Assembly (NCBI GenBank): GCA_020353055.1
Contig: CP070686.1
Coordinates: 1,323,160 to 1,387,159, forward strand
Length of the DNA: 64,000 nt
Direction of reading: 5' to 3'
DNA from: a candidate division WOR-3 bacterium
GTDB taxonomy: Bacteria > Hydrothermota > Tepidihabitantia > SM23-42
Made by a program: the position numbers and the translations under genes. Numbering within the stretch: position 1 is the first letter of the stretch; every line of letters begins with the position of its first letter. A model generated the notes under the pieces. The model did not search any database. It was given only the letters and a program-made list of their open reading frames with translations, and was not told the origin of the DNA. Positions 19,060 through 29,558 of the stretch are shown one piece after another.

Positions 19060-20651
19060 TACTCACACTTTTTCTGTCTGGTAACGACAGCGCTTACGAA
19101 TTGTTCAGTATTGGAAATCAATTGGAATTCGAGGGTAACATTAGCGAGGCGATCGAATACTACAAGAAGGCGTACGAACTTGAGCCTCGGTCGATAGAGA
19201 TTAACATATCACTTGCCGGCGCGCTCTATCTTGCCCAGCGATTTGATGAAGGAATCTCCTATGCAGAAGCAACGCTGAGCCTGTACCCTGAAAATGTACG
19301 GGTACACCAGATGATCGCCCTTGGGTATGTTGGCAAACGGCAACTGGATAAGGCGATCGAGCATTACATGGATGCATTGCAATTTGCGCCGAGGAATCAA
19401 GAACTCTACCTGGCGATATCTACACTATACGAGGCCAACAGAAACATCCAAGAGGCGATGGAAACCCTTGAGAAAATGCCAGACGATATTAAAACCAGCG
19501 AGACATTCCTCAAACTCGCCAATCTGGCAGGTAGAGTGAATGACCATCCGTCCGCAATCGACTACTATCGGAAGGCATATGCCTTCGATACACTCGATTT
19601 CACCACTATCATTGGTATCGGTACTGGTTTTGATATGCTCGGCATTACGGATTCGGCGGTCTATTACTACGAGAAAGTGAATGCGGATACATTCATTTCG
19701 AATGTTGCCCAACGACTTGTTGACCTATATACAGAAGTCGACAGGTACGATAGAGTGATCGCAATCGCCAATGATCTACTGACCCTCGAACCTGGCAATA
19801 CTCATGTGCGGCGGAGTCTTGGCTTCGCATACTATAAAATCGATATGTTCATTCGGTCCCTGAACGAATTCTACACCGTTCTCAGATATGACCCATCCGA
19901 TACCTATTCCGCCTTCTATCTCGCGCGCATATATATGGAACAAGGCGAATATGACAGGTCACTCGAGGAGATCAAATCTGCGCTAGCGATCAATCCCGAT
20001 TTCGTTGAATTGTGGATTTATATGGGTTTCGTCTCGATAGAGAAAGAGCAGTATGACCTTGCCGTATACGCTTTTACCGAGGCTGCATACCGAGGTGGCG
20101 ATCTCAGCCAGGTCTATTATCTTCTCGGCGCTGTTATGGAAACCCTGGCGAAGGACATGGATGCCTATTACTATTACAAGAAAGCAATCAAGGAAAATCC
20201 GGATAACATCGCGGCGCTACAATCACTCGCAGGCATCACCTCGGTGATCGGCAGGGAAGTTGAAACGTTCACTACATTCAAGAGGATACTGGAAATCGAT
20301 ACCTTGAATGCCGTGGCGTTGAATTATGTTGGATATACTTATGCCGAACGTAGTGACAGCCTTGCATACGCGCTCAAGTTGATAGACCGGGCATTGGAAA
20401 TCGATGTGGATAATGGTTATTACATCGATTCACGGGGCTGGGTTCTTTACAAGATGGGCAGGTATGAAGACGCCCTGAAGGAGCTCGAGAGGGCGAGCGA
20501 AATAATTGAGGATGCAGTGATCCTGCAACACCTGGGTGACGTATACCTGGAATTGGGACGACGCAATGCAGCACGTGATGCCTATGAGAAGGCTCTCAAA
20601 ATTGAGCCCCACAATAGAACTTTGCGGAACAAGATCGACTCGGTGAAATAG
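19029..20651 (+). CDS. tetratricopeptide (TPR) repeat protein
   Basis: 540 aa of successive 34-residue A..Y.KAL...P-type repeats. Confidence 0.75.
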   Translation: MAIVSLYRILILTLFLSGNDSAYELFSIGNQLEFEGNISEAIEYYKKAYELEPRSIEINISLAGALYLAQRFDEGISYAEATLSLYPENVRVHQMIALGYVGKRQLDKAIEHYMDALQFAPRNQELYLAISTLYEANRNIQEAMETLEKMPDDIKTSETFLKLANLAGRVNDHPSAIDYYRKAYAFDTLDFTTIIGIGTGFDMLGITDSAVYYYEKVNADTFISNVAQRLVDLYTEVDRYDRVIAIANDLLTLEPGNTHVRRSLGFAYYKIDMFIRSLNEFYTVLRYDPSDTYSAFYLARIYMEQGEYDRSLEEIKSALAINPDFVELWIYMGFVSIEKEQYDLAVYAFTEAAYRGGDLSQVYYLLGAVMETLAKDMDAYYYYKKAIKENPDNIAALQSLAGITSVIGREVETFTTFKRILEIDTLNAVALNYVGYTYAERSDSLAYALKLIDRALEIDVDNGYYIDSRGWVLYKMGRYEDALKELERASEIIEDAVILQHLGDVYLELGRRNAARDAYEKALKIEPHNRTLRNKIDSVK

Positions 20652-21917
20652 ATGTGGGAGCCCTATCGAATAAAGGTCGTTGAACCTCTTCCCATAACGA
20701 CCCGTAAAAAGAGAAAGAAAATTCTCGAAAGAGCCGGCTATAACCCTTTTTTGATTCCGGCAAGATACGTCACAATCGACCTGATCTCGGATTCTGGCAC
20801 CGGCGCAATGACCGCCCAACAATGGGCAGCGATGATCCAAGCGAGAGAGGATTTTGCCGGGCAAGCATCCTTCGGGGAATTCGCTGACGCTGCAATATCT
20901 CTCACTGGTTTCCCCTATATCCAACCCGTGCATCAAGGCAGGAGTGCCGAAAACATTCTGTTCGGGATGCTCCTCAAGACGGGAGATACGGTGGTTGCCA
21001 ATACCCATTTCGAAACGACACGCGGGAATATCGAGTCACAAGGATGTCATGCGGTAGACCTTCCCTCTAATGAATTGCCTTTCTGTGGCAATATCGATTT
21101 ACCGCAACTCCGAAAAACGATCACGCGGCGCAAGAGGGTAAAACTCATCGTGTTGACAATTACGAGTAACATTCTGGGAGGTCAACCCGTATCACTTGCA
21201 AATATCACCCAGGCAAGAAGAATAGCGCGGCAGCACGGTGTAGCGTTACTTTTAGACGCAAGCAGGTTCGCCGACAACGCCTTTTTTATCAAGCATTACG
21301 GGGAATCGAAAGACAGCATTCGCACAATCTGCCGGAAGATATTCCAATCGGCAGACATCGCATACCTCAGCAGCAAGAAGGACGGACTCGTCAACATCGG
21401 CGGGTTCATTGGCATGCGGGACAAAGAACTCTATGAAAGGTTAAAACGTGAAGTAATCCGCCAGGAAGCATTTCCTACGTCAGGCGGTCTGGCAGCACGC
21501 GATGTTGCAGCAATGGTCGGAGGGCTGTCTGATTCAACGGATGAACGATTTCTGCGCTCGCACATCGAAAATATTAGATTTCTTGGTCAGTCTCTCAAGG
21601 AAAATCGGGTCGATATTTTCGAACCCATCGGTGGGCACGCCGTTGTCATTATGCTTCGTAAGGGTCATCCTCATTTTGCTTTCTCGTTAGCCGCTCGAAT
21701 CTACGCTGATTCCGGGATCCGCGTGGGCATTTTCGATGACTGCGTACGTTTGGCCCTCCCACGCCGGGTATACACGCTTGAACACATAAAATACGCCGCT
21801 GAATGCATATCCAAAGCATATTCGGCAAAACTACCACATCTCAAGCTTGCCTACCGACCCCGTGAATTCTCCAATTTCTTTGCCCGCTATACGACCGCCT
21901 CTGGCACTAAGGTCTAA
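20652..21917 (+). CDS. beta-eliminating lyase (tryptophanase / tyrosine phenol-lyase family)
   Basis: Strings shared with TnaA are PYRIKVVEP, DLISDSGTGAM, ITSNILGGQPVSLANI, DASRFADNAFFIK, and the PLP-lysine motif SSKKDGLVNIGG. At 421 aa it is somewhat short. Confidence 0.8.
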   Translation: MWEPYRIKVVEPLPITTRKKRKKILERAGYNPFLIPARYVTIDLISDSGTGAMTAQQWAAMIQAREDFAGQASFGEFADAAISLTGFPYIQPVHQGRSAENILFGMLLKTGDTVVANTHFETTRGNIESQGCHAVDLPSNELPFCGNIDLPQLRKTITRRKRVKLIVLTITSNILGGQPVSLANITQARRIARQHGVALLLDASRFADNAFFIKHYGESKDSIRTICRKIFQSADIAYLSSKKDGLVNIGGFIGMRDKELYERLKREVIRQEAFPTSGGLAARDVAAMVGGLSDSTDERFLRSHIENIRFLGQSLKENRVDIFEPIGGHAVVIMLRKGHPHFAFSLAARIYADSGIRVGIFDDCVRLALPRRVYTLEHIKYAAECISKAYSAKLPHLKLAYRPREFSNFFARYTTASGTKV

Positions 21918-21981
21918 TAGGACCGTGGCAAATAAATCCGCAGACTATTAAACTGAGACCCGCTGTAAATTGTCATAATAG

Positions 21982-22009
21982 TTGACAAATACTCAATTTT
22001 GATTAAAAT
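21982..22009 (+). promoter_or_regulatory. sigma70-type promoter (TTGACA-N16-TAAAAT) for clpC
   Basis: Reads TTGACA aatactcaattttgat TAAAAT. SD AAGGAGG follows, then the TTG start at 22031. Confidence 0.5.
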
Positions 22010-22030
22010 GGGCTAAATAAGGAGGACGTT

Positions 22031-24430
22031 TTGCAGGAAAGATTTACCGAACGGGTAAGGAAAATATTGCATCTTGCCCATGACGAAGCCTTAAAATTCA
22101 AGAACAATTTCATCGGTACCGAACATCTGCTGATGGCAATGATCAAAGAGGGTGAAGGTGTCGGTGCCATGGTTCTCATAAATCTGGGAATCGAATTAAC
22201 CGAATTGCGGAAGAATATCGAAAACTCGATACGTACCGGTCCGGGTGGTAAAATAGATGTTCCTTTCAGCAACGAATCAAGAGTCTGTTTGAACTATGCC
22301 ATGGAAGAAGCCAAGAATTTTGGCCATTCCTATGTCGGTACGGAACATCTCCTCCTGGGTATTATCAGGACGCCTGAGAGCCTTGGTGCACAGGTGCTTG
22401 AGTCAATCGGCGTCGATTACGAGACGGTCAAGAATGAAATCGTGCAATTACTCAGACCAGAGGGTGTAATGACTAGCAAGGCACGGGGCAAGCAGAGGGG
22501 CTCTGCGCTCGACCTTTTTTCCCGGGATCTAACGCAGTTGGCGCGGGAAGAAAAACTCGACCCCATAATCGGGAGAGAGAATGAGATCGAAAGAGTAATT
22601 CAGGTATTGTCGCGGCGTAAGAAGAACAACCCTGTACTCGTCGGGGAGGCTGGTGTAGGGAAAACAGCAATTGCTGAAGGCCTTGCGCAGGATATCATTG
22701 CGGGTAACGTGCCTGAATCTCTAAAAAACAAAAGGGTCGTTGCACTCGATATGGCTTCGGTCGTCGCCGGTACTAAATACCGCGGCCAGTTTGAAGAGAG
22801 ATTGAAGGCGGTTATCAACGAAGTTACGCGCAACAAAGATGTTGTGCTATTCATCGACGAACTCCATACCATTGTCGGTGCCGGGGCCGCCGAGGGCGCT
22901 ATCGATGCCTCCAGCATACTCAAACCGGCATTGGCCAGAGGAGAGATCCAGTGCATTGGCGCGACCACGCTGGAAGATTACCGTCGCTATATCGAGAAGA
23001 ACGGAGCGCTCGAACGTCGCTTCCAACCCATAATGGTTAATCCCCCCACGGTCCAGGAGACAATCAACATACTACAGGGATTACGTAAGAAATATGAGGA
23101 TCACCATCTAATTACATACACAGATGCGGCGCTAGATGCCGCTGCACGCCTATCCAACCGCTACATCACAGATAGGTTTCTACCCGATAAGGCGATTGAC
23201 GTCATCGATGAGTCAGGTGCTAAGGTGAAACTCTCAAAGATCGTGAAGAATGACGAAACCGCGGCTCTGGAAATGAAGATCAACGAGATAAAGGTGAAGA
23301 AGGAAAAACTCGTTGCCGAGCAGAAATTCGAACAGGCTGCGCAGTTACGCGACGAGCAGAGAAAACTGACCGACGCATTACAACAGCAGAATAAGACTAG
23401 CACGACGGTTAGGCCAACCGTCAATGAAGAAGATGTTGCCTTTGTAGTCTCGCGCTGGACCGGCATTCCAGTATCAAGGATTGAAGAAGGTGAATCAAAG
23501 CGCCTGCTCAAGATGGAAGAAGAGCTGAAGAAGAAGATCGTCAGTCAGGACGAAGCGATCTCAGCGATAGCAAAGGCCGTGAGACGCAGTCGAGCTGGCG
23601 TCAAAGACCCACGAAGACCAATAGGATCATTTATTTTCTTGGGACCCACCGGCGTCGGCAAGACTGAACTCGCACGACGCCTTGCCGAATTTATGTTCGG
23701 TGACATAAATTCATTAATAAGCCTCGACATGTCCGAGTTCATGGAGAAATTCAATGTCTCGCGCCTCATCGGTGCGCCGCCTGGATACGTGGGGTACGAG
23801 GAAGGCGGACAGCTAACCGAGAAAGTCAGGAGAAAACCTTATTCGGTCGTCCTTTTCGACGAAATCGAGAAAGCACACCCAGATGTCTTTAATATACTAC
23901 TCCAAATCCTTGAAGATGGTCAACTAACGGATTCCTACGGCCGGCGCGTAGATTTCAAGAACACCGTTATCATAATGACTTCAAATATCGGCACTGCAGA
24001 GATCAAGAGGAGCGATGGCATTGGTTTCATGAAAGTCGATGATGCAGTGTCTTACGAAAAGATGAAGATTCGCCTCATGGAAGAAGTGAAGAAACTCTTC
24101 TCCCCCGAATTCTTGAACCGGATCGATGAGATCATAGTCTTCAAGAAACTGACTAAGGAAGACATGAAACAGATTATTGAAATCCTCATACATGAAGTGG
24201 AAGAAAGACTGCATGAAAAGAACATGAAATTAGAATTGGATGAGACAAGCAAGGAATTACTGGTTGAAACTGGATTTGATGCCGAATTTGGTGCGCGTCC
24301 GTTGAAGAGAATTATTAGGAAATTGATCGAAGACCCGCTTTCCGAAGAAATCCTCAAGGGAAACATTAAAGAAGGCAAACGCATAAAACTCGTGAGGTCG
24401 GGAGAAAAGATCGAGTTTACCCAGAAATGA
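22031..24430 (+). CDS. clpC: ATP-dependent Clp protease ATP-binding subunit ClpC
   Basis: Has Clp_N repeats and two AAA+ modules ([16 protein letters not shown] and [19 protein letters not shown]). A UVR-like linker ([14 protein letters not shown]) and an IGF loop are present. The start codon is TTG. Confidence 0.9.
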   Translation: MQERFTERVRKILHLAHDEALKFKNNFIGTEHLLMAMIKEGEGVGAMVLINLGIELTELRKNIENSIRTGPGGKIDVPFSNESRVCLNYAMEEAKNFGHSYVGTEHLLLGIIRTPESLGAQVLESIGVDYETVKNEIVQLLRPEGVMTSKARGKQRGSALDLFSRDLTQLAREEKLDPIIGRENEIERVIQVLSRRKKNNPVLVGEAGVGKTAIAEGLAQDIIAGNVPESLKNKRVVALDMASVVAGTKYRGQFEERLKAVINEVTRNKDVVLFIDELHTIVGAGAAEGAIDASSILKPALARGEIQCIGATTLEDYRRYIEKNGALERRFQPIMVNPPTVQETINILQGLRKKYEDHHLITYTDAALDAAARLSNRYITDRFLPDKAIDVIDESGAKVKLSKIVKNDETAALEMKINEIKVKKEKLVAEQKFEQAAQLRDEQRKLTDALQQQNKTSTTVRPTVNEEDVAFVVSRWTGIPVSRIEEGESKRLLKMEEELKKKIVSQDEAISAIAKAVRRSRAGVKDPRRPIGSFIFLGPTGVGKTELARRLAEFMFGDINSLISLDMSEFMEKFNVSRLIGAPPGYVGYEEGGQLTEKVRRKPYSVVLFDEIEKAHPDVFNILLQILEDGQLTDSYGRRVDFKNTVIIMTSNIGTAEIKRSDGIGFMKVDDAVSYEKMKIRLMEEVKKLFSPEFLNRIDEIIVFKKLTKEDMKQIIEILIHEVEERLHEKNMKLELDETSKELLVETGFDAEFGARPLKRIIRKLIEDPLSEEILKGNIKEGKRIKLVRSGEKIEFTQK

Positions 24431-26625
24431 TCATTTTCCTCTTCCTCCTTAACTACACAGTTGCTGATGTTGATGTTGAAGCAAAGTGGTCAGACCATCA
24501 ACTAATAATCGAATCGAGCGGTATCGAGGTCGGCAGCGAATTCGAAGACGCGCAAATACGCAAAGCTATAGAGAATCTTTCGAGATTACGTCTCTTCAAT
24601 TTCATAGCCGTTGATACAGCGATCGTAGGTGACGGGATTTTCGTGAAGATCATTGTTGAGGAAGCACCATATCTCAAGGGCGTTCCTCAATTTACAGGCA
24701 ACAAAAAGATTAAGGACAGCGATTTGGTGAAGAAAACGGAACTCCGCACCGGGCAGATTTTGAATGATAAAACGATATTCGACGCTCGTAAAATAATTCT
24801 GGAGTATTACAAAGAAAAGCATTTCCATGAGACCGTGGTTAGCGAAAGCCTGGCTGTCGATTCCTTGAACAAAGCGAAATTGTACTTCACCATAAGCGAA
24901 GGCATAGAACCCCGGATTGGAAAGATTATCATCGAGGGCAACACAGCACTAACCGACAACAAAATCAAAGGCAAGATTTCAACGAGGGAAGCCGGTTTCC
25001 TAAAATCCGGCAGACTCATCAAAGAGAAGCTGGATGAGGATATCGATAAGATCGCAGCCTTTTACAAAGAAAACGGATTTCTGGACGTGATCGTGCAAGA
25101 ACCTGTAATCGAAGTGAAGAATAACAAATTCATAATAACCATAACTGTTCAAGAAAACCAAAAGTACTATGTTGGTGACATAACCCTCGAGGGCAATACG
25201 ATATTCGATGACGTCACGCTGGAACGCGTGATGAAACTGCACACGGGAGAGGTGTATAATCTATCCTATGCTGAAGAGAACATTCAAAATATGTACACCA
25301 TATATGCTGATGAAGGTTATATCTATTGCTCCATAGTGCCAATTGAAAATGTCCGCGACAGCATAATCGATATTGACTATAAGTTTGAAGAATCGTCGCC
25401 TGCAAATGTCAAGCTGGTGACTATTACTGGTAATTACCGAACGCGTGAAAAGGTCATTCGCCGAGAGATCGTTACAATCCCGGGCGAACGGTATCGAAGG
25501 TCGGACGTGATACGTAGCCAGCGTGAGATATTCAACCTCGGTTTCTTCGATGACATACAGATAATGCCCGGAAACCCTGATAACGATGGCAATATTGACA
25601 TAATCTATGATGTCAAGGAAAAAGAAGGGGTGGGTACGGTCGGTGCTGGTATTGCCTATTCCCCTCAGGATAAGATGACGGGCTACGTCGAATTCTCACA
25701 TCCCAATCTATTCGGTCGTGGCCAGCGTATCTATACGAAATTCGAACTGGGCGGTAGGCTGACAAATGTCCAGGTGGGCTTTACCGAACCGTGGCTTTTC
25801 GATACCAGAACATCAGCCGGTGTGGATATCTACTACATTAACAGGATGTACGAATATTACACGAAACGAGACATCGGTATTGCCACCCGCGTGTCACTAC
25901 CTTTCTACCTCGATTATACAAGATTCAGCTATGGGTTTAGAACTGAAAGAACACAGATCATGGACATATCCCGTTCGTACACGCCGCCAGAGACAGGTTA
26001 CAGTCTGTATGAGGACACAATACCAAAGTGGACGATAGCCAATTCGTTTACGCTCAGCAGGGATTCGCGCGATTACATATTCAATGCTTCGAGCGGGTCG
26101 TACATTTCTTTCGGCGCCGAATTCGCCAAGAAAATCCTATTCGCGAACATCGATTACAATCGTTACACCGTAGATGCAAGAGCGTACTTTCCGATTTTTT
26201 GGAAGATATCTCTTATGACACGTATAAGCGCCGGCGTTGTCACGAGTGCGGACGAAGTACCTATCTACAAACGCTTCTATGCAGGTGGAATCGGCACTGA
26301 TGGTGTGCGCGGCTACCCTGACCGCTCTCTGTCACCGGTCGAGGATGGACGAGTTGTCGGCGGCAGTGCCGTCCTGGTGAATAACCTTGAGTTGAAGCTC
26401 AAATTATCCCAGAGCATGGCATTCGTTCTTTTCTTTGATGCAGGTAATACCTTCACCTCCTATCGGGATATCAATATCCATAATCTCTATCGCGGCGCTG
26501 GTGGTGGTGTAAGGGTCGAAGTACCAATGATTGGCGTAATGGGTTTTGACCTCGGATATGGATTCGACCGTGACAATCCTGGTTTTGAACCACATTTCCA
26601 GATAAACCCGTTCGGCATGTTCTAG
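24427..26625 (+). CDS. bamA: outer membrane protein assembly factor BamA
   Basis: 732 aa. POTRA-like repeats are followed by an Omp85 barrel ([15 protein letters not shown], ending NPFGMF). ATGA overlap with the clpC stop. Confidence 0.85.
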   Translation: MIIFLFLLNYTVADVDVEAKWSDHQLIIESSGIEVGSEFEDAQIRKAIENLSRLRLFNFIAVDTAIVGDGIFVKIIVEEAPYLKGVPQFTGNKKIKDSDLVKKTELRTGQILNDKTIFDARKIILEYYKEKHFHETVVSESLAVDSLNKAKLYFTISEGIEPRIGKIIIEGNTALTDNKIKGKISTREAGFLKSGRLIKEKLDEDIDKIAAFYKENGFLDVIVQEPVIEVKNNKFIITITVQENQKYYVGDITLEGNTIFDDVTLERVMKLHTGEVYNLSYAEENIQNMYTIYADEGYIYCSIVPIENVRDSIIDIDYKFEESSPANVKLVTITGNYRTREKVIRREIVTIPGERYRRSDVIRSQREIFNLGFFDDIQIMPGNPDNDGNIDIIYDVKEKEGVGTVGAGIAYSPQDKMTGYVEFSHPNLFGRGQRIYTKFELGGRLTNVQVGFTEPWLFDTRTSAGVDIYYINRMYEYYTKRDIGIATRVSLPFYLDYTRFSYGFRTERTQIMDISRSYTPPETGYSLYEDTIPKWTIANSFTLSRDSRDYIFNASSGSYISFGAEFAKKILFANIDYNRYTVDARAYFPIFWKISLMTRISAGVVTSADEVPIYKRFYAGGIGTDGVRGYPDRSLSPVEDGRVVGGSAVLVNNLELKLKLSQSMAFVLFFDAGNTFTSYRDINIHNLYRGAGGGVRVEVPMIGVMGFDLGYGFDRDNPGFEPHFQINPFGMF

Positions 26626-26725
26626 GATTGACTATAAGAACATAAAGAATTTATAAAGTGAGGATAGAACCAAGAAATATTCACTTTTGCCCGAGCATCA
26701 TTATTTTCTTTGATCTGGAGGATAG

Positions 26726-27670
26726 ATGAAAAGACTAATATTTCCCCTACTTTTGCTGCTGAGCTTTGCTGGCGCCAGAGAGGTGAAAATCGGTTTGGTC
26801 AATGCCGAGCGCGTCATGAATGAGTATCAAGCGACGGCAGTTGCCACGGCGGAATTCAATCAATATGTCTCTACATACCGGGACTCGGCATCCCAATTGA
26901 AGAGGAAGATCGAAGAGTTGAAGTCCGAATTATCTGCCCAGGAGCTTCTTCTATCGGAGGAAGCAAGACTAAGAAAGATAGATGAGATTGAGGCATTGAC
27001 CGAATCATACAATCAATTCCTTCAGAATGTATTCGGCACACGCGGCAAGGTCGAGCAAAAGAACGATGAATTGATGACACCATTGCTACAGAAGATCAAC
27101 AATGCTATTACAAAGATTGCTGAGCAGGAAGGATTTGAGGTTGTGCTTGAACTCTCCGAAGGCGTCTATTATGCGGCAAGTGACCTGGATATCACTGATC
27201 TCGTAATTAATGAATTGAACCTTGAATACGGACCTACTACTCTGCCTACTGGAGAGATGAAGAAAGTCATAGTCGTTTTCCCGTTTCGCGAAGAAAATCC
27301 CGAAGCCATTAGTGCAGGATTAGGACAGACATGCCAGGATGAATTATATCGTACAATCAGAACGTTCAGCGCTCGCTATACGATCATCGACAAGACCACA
27401 ATCAATATGGAGATCGTAAGGCGGGGACTGGGAGTAAACATCATCGATGATAACCAAGCTTTCGAGATCGGAACTTCCCTCCTATGTGACTATATTATCA
27501 CCGGCAGGGTATCGAAGATCAGCACAAAGGTTGAATACACTGTCACACTGAAGGATGTGAAACAAAAAACGGAATTGGCGCGGAGAACGAACAGCGTGAC
27601 TGAAATAGTAAAACTCTACGAGGCGCTCAATAACGATCTAAGGTACCTGCTCGAGAAAATTCAACAGTAA
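26726..27670 (+). CDS. Skp/OmpH-like periplasmic chaperone fused to an unassigned ~135-aa C-terminal domain
   Basis: N-terminal 160 aa form an OmpH-type coiled coil (VKIGLVNAERVMNEYQ...LLQKINNAITKIAEQEGFEVVLE). The C-terminal KVIVVFPFREEN...DYIITGRVSKI... is not part of Skp. Confidence 0.65.
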   Translation: MKRLIFPLLLLLSFAGAREVKIGLVNAERVMNEYQATAVATAEFNQYVSTYRDSASQLKRKIEELKSELSAQELLLSEEARLRKIDEIEALTESYNQFLQNVFGTRGKVEQKNDELMTPLLQKINNAITKIAEQEGFEVVLELSEGVYYAASDLDITDLVINELNLEYGPTTLPTGEMKKVIVVFPFREENPEAISAGLGQTCQDELYRTIRTFSARYTIIDKTTINMEIVRRGLGVNIIDDNQAFEIGTSLLCDYIITGRVSKISTKVEYTVTLKDVKQKTELARRTNSVTEIVKLYEALNNDLRYLLEKIQQ

Positions 27671-27689
27671 TTTGAGGTCGGGCGTCAGA

Positions 27690-28142
27690 TCACCTGGGTT
27701 GGAGTTTCTTGACTTCTTTTATCATTTCCCTTATCTCACGTTCGAATTCGTCTTGAAATATTAAATACTTCGCTTGCTGGCTCGGAGTCAGCATCGTACG
27801 AATCTCCCTCATTTTTTTTATCTGACGCTCTACCCTGTCCTTGAGAATATTCTCGTAAGCGCTGAGCGACCGCATGATATCCTCATCTGCGGCATCTCCG
27901 CTGAGTAATTCTTTGAGTTGGATGAGTATCTTATGCCGCTGTTCACGAAATTCATTATCGATTTTGTGCAATTCGTTCAACTTGGGAAAGAACTCGATTG
28001 CCTGTTCGGTTGTCAGATCAAGCTCTTTGGTTAACCTGTATATTCTTACTTTTTCGATTATTGCACGCGGATCCCGGGATTCATTCACCTGGCCGTTCGT
28101 AAAAGCCATGATAAATAAGAGCATAACGACGATTGTTTTCAT
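27690..28142 (-). CDS. periplasmic Spy/CpxP-family (LTXXQ-motif) protein
   Basis: MKTIVVMLLFIMAFTNG signal peptide, and LTTEQ and LTPSQQ motifs. The start at 28142 sits behind AGGAGG. Confidence 0.65.
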   Translation of the reverse strand: MKTIVVMLLFIMAFTNGQVNESRDPRAIIEKVRIYRLTKELDLTTEQAIEFFPKLNELHKIDNEFREQRHKILIQLKELLSGDAADEDIMRSLSAYENILKDRVERQIKKMREIRTMLTPSQQAKYLIFQDEFEREIREMIKEVKKLQPR

Positions 28143-28172
28143 AGTACCTCCTAAAATATATCTGTCCATCTG

Positions 28173-28730
28173 CTATGTACCAGACGGGTATTTTCTATTC
28201 AAGGCAATAATAAGTGCTTCCCCTTCATTGATCGTCAATTCATCGATTGCTTCCTCAGTCGCAGGTAGGAAACAATCCTCTACCGCTGCGAGTTCTTTGG
28301 CCATTCGTTTATCGATTGTACCCATGAGGACGATGGCCGCAATGTCCTCATCCTCAATGAGGTCGGTGACCGGTATGCTGAATTCAACTGTGCCATTGCG
28401 TGGCCACAGAAAAATCAATAGAAGCACCGCTGTGATGAAAGCAGGTACCAGAACCTTCGGCAGGATAACTCTTAACCGAGATATCGGTTTTGAATATGTT
28501 CTCTGGAGACGGATCCCGGCCTTCATCTTATCAAACACCTCGGTTGTGGGCAGGATGACCTCATCTTCATCCAGAATGCCTAATAAGCGCTTAAGTTCTT
28601 GAAATTCCCGAGCGCACGCTGGACATCTGTCCAGATGATTGCTCAATTCTTCGCGCTCTGAAGAACTCACCTGTTCTTCAAGAAAATCGACCATTCTCTT
28701 CCGTACTCGAAGACAATCTTTCATAACCAA
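28173..28730 (-). CDS. anti-sigma factor (zf-HC2 type, one TM helix)
   Basis: HLDRCPACAREF zinc-finger motif and a central TM segment. It overlaps the ECF sigma gene by 10 nt. Confidence 0.75.
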   Translation of the reverse strand: MVMKDCLRVRKRMVDFLEEQVSSSEREELSNHLDRCPACAREFQELKRLLGILDEDEVILPTTEVFDKMKAGIRLQRTYSKPISRLRVILPKVLVPAFITAVLLLIFLWPRNGTVEFSIPVTDLIEDEDIAAIVLMGTIDKRMAKELAAVEDCFLPATEEAIDELTINEGEALIIALNRKYPSGT

Positions 28731-29242
28731 TCTTTCAGAAAGAGACGCAATTTCCTGACTGCCTGATAATGATTCGCCTTTGCTGCGCCCGTTGTGATAC
28801 CCATGATCTCTCCTATTTCTCCGAAGGTATATCCCTCATAGTGACGCAGAATGAATGTCATCCTTTGCCTTTCAGGCAACCTACTTAGTGCTTTATCTAT
28901 CGCGACCTTCATTTGCACCCTTTTGCCAACCGCGTATGTAGTTGCGTGCTGTTCCTGCAGCGGGAATGTAACCCGCCTGCTTCTATGGAAGGAAATGCAG
29001 GCGTTAACCGTAATTCTGTAGACCCATGTAAAAAACTTAGACCGTTCATGGAATTTATGGAGGTGGTGATAGACCTTGATGAAAACCTCCTGACAGAGGT
29101 CGCGGGCATCAGCTTCATTTCTTGTATACCTGTAGCATATACTGTAGACGGGCACCCTGTACTTCTCGAAGAGCCGATCGAACGCGCTCTCGTCACCCTC
29201 CTTAAAACTTCGAACCAGAATCGCATCTTCCTTATCACTCAC
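28721..29242 (-). CDS. ECF-type RNA polymerase sigma-70 family factor
   Basis: Sigma region 2 (FDRLFEKY...YRYTRNEADARDLCQEVF) and region 4 (YEGYTFGEIGEIMGITTGAAKANHYQA). The start codon is GTG. Confidence 0.85.
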   Translation of the reverse strand: MSDKEDAILVRSFKEGDESAFDRLFEKYRVPVYSICYRYTRNEADARDLCQEVFIKVYHHLHKFHERSKFFTWVYRITVNACISFHRSRRVTFPLQEQHATTYAVGKRVQMKVAIDKALSRLPERQRMTFILRHYEGYTFGEIGEIMGITTGAAKANHYQAVRKLRLFLKDWL

Positions 29243-29333
29243 TTTGTTGGACGCTCGAAATGCTTCTATGGTTTAAAATATGACGATGGCTTATTCGCCT
29301 TTGATCGCCTTACGGATGTGGGTTGGTCGTTCG

Positions 29334-29510
29334 CTACTCTTCCTCTTCGGTATAAGGTTCGAATTGGTCCTTCTCGGCACCGCATTCAGGACATACCCAT
29401 TCATCCGGTAAATCCTCGAATGATGTACCGGCCTGAATGCCGTTATCGGGGTCTCCAAATTCCGGGTCATAGATGTAACCACATACCGTGCATTGCCATT
29501 TGACTATCAT
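29334..29510 (-). CDS. rubredoxin (58 aa, missing from ORF track)
   Basis: My translation is [58 protein letters not shown]. It has two CxxCG knuckles, and AGGGAGG SD lies 4 nt upstream. Confidence 0.85.
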   Translation of the reverse strand: MIVKWQCTVCGYIYDPEFGDPDNGIQAGTSFEDLPDEWVCPECGAEKDQFEPYTEEEE

Positions 29511-29558
29511 AAACCTCCCTTTTTAAACCTGCAAATTTTACAGAATAAGCACAGAGTG

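Noticed and set aside
21969-21989. CtsR or CIRCE operator at the clpC promoter
   Set aside because: Only a 6-bp inverted repeat (TTGTCA-N7-TGACAA) overlaps the -35 element. It matches neither the GGTCAAA direct repeat nor TTAGCACTC-N9-GAGTGCTAA.
27874-28602. 242-aa plus-strand ORF rich in Ser
   Set aside because: It is antisense to the Spy-like and anti-sigma genes. It has no SD and a biased composition, so it is a shadow ORF.
29291-29482. 63-aa track ORF ([10 protein letters not shown]...)
   Set aside because: It is in the wrong frame. The adjacent frame encodes a textbook rubredoxin with an SD.
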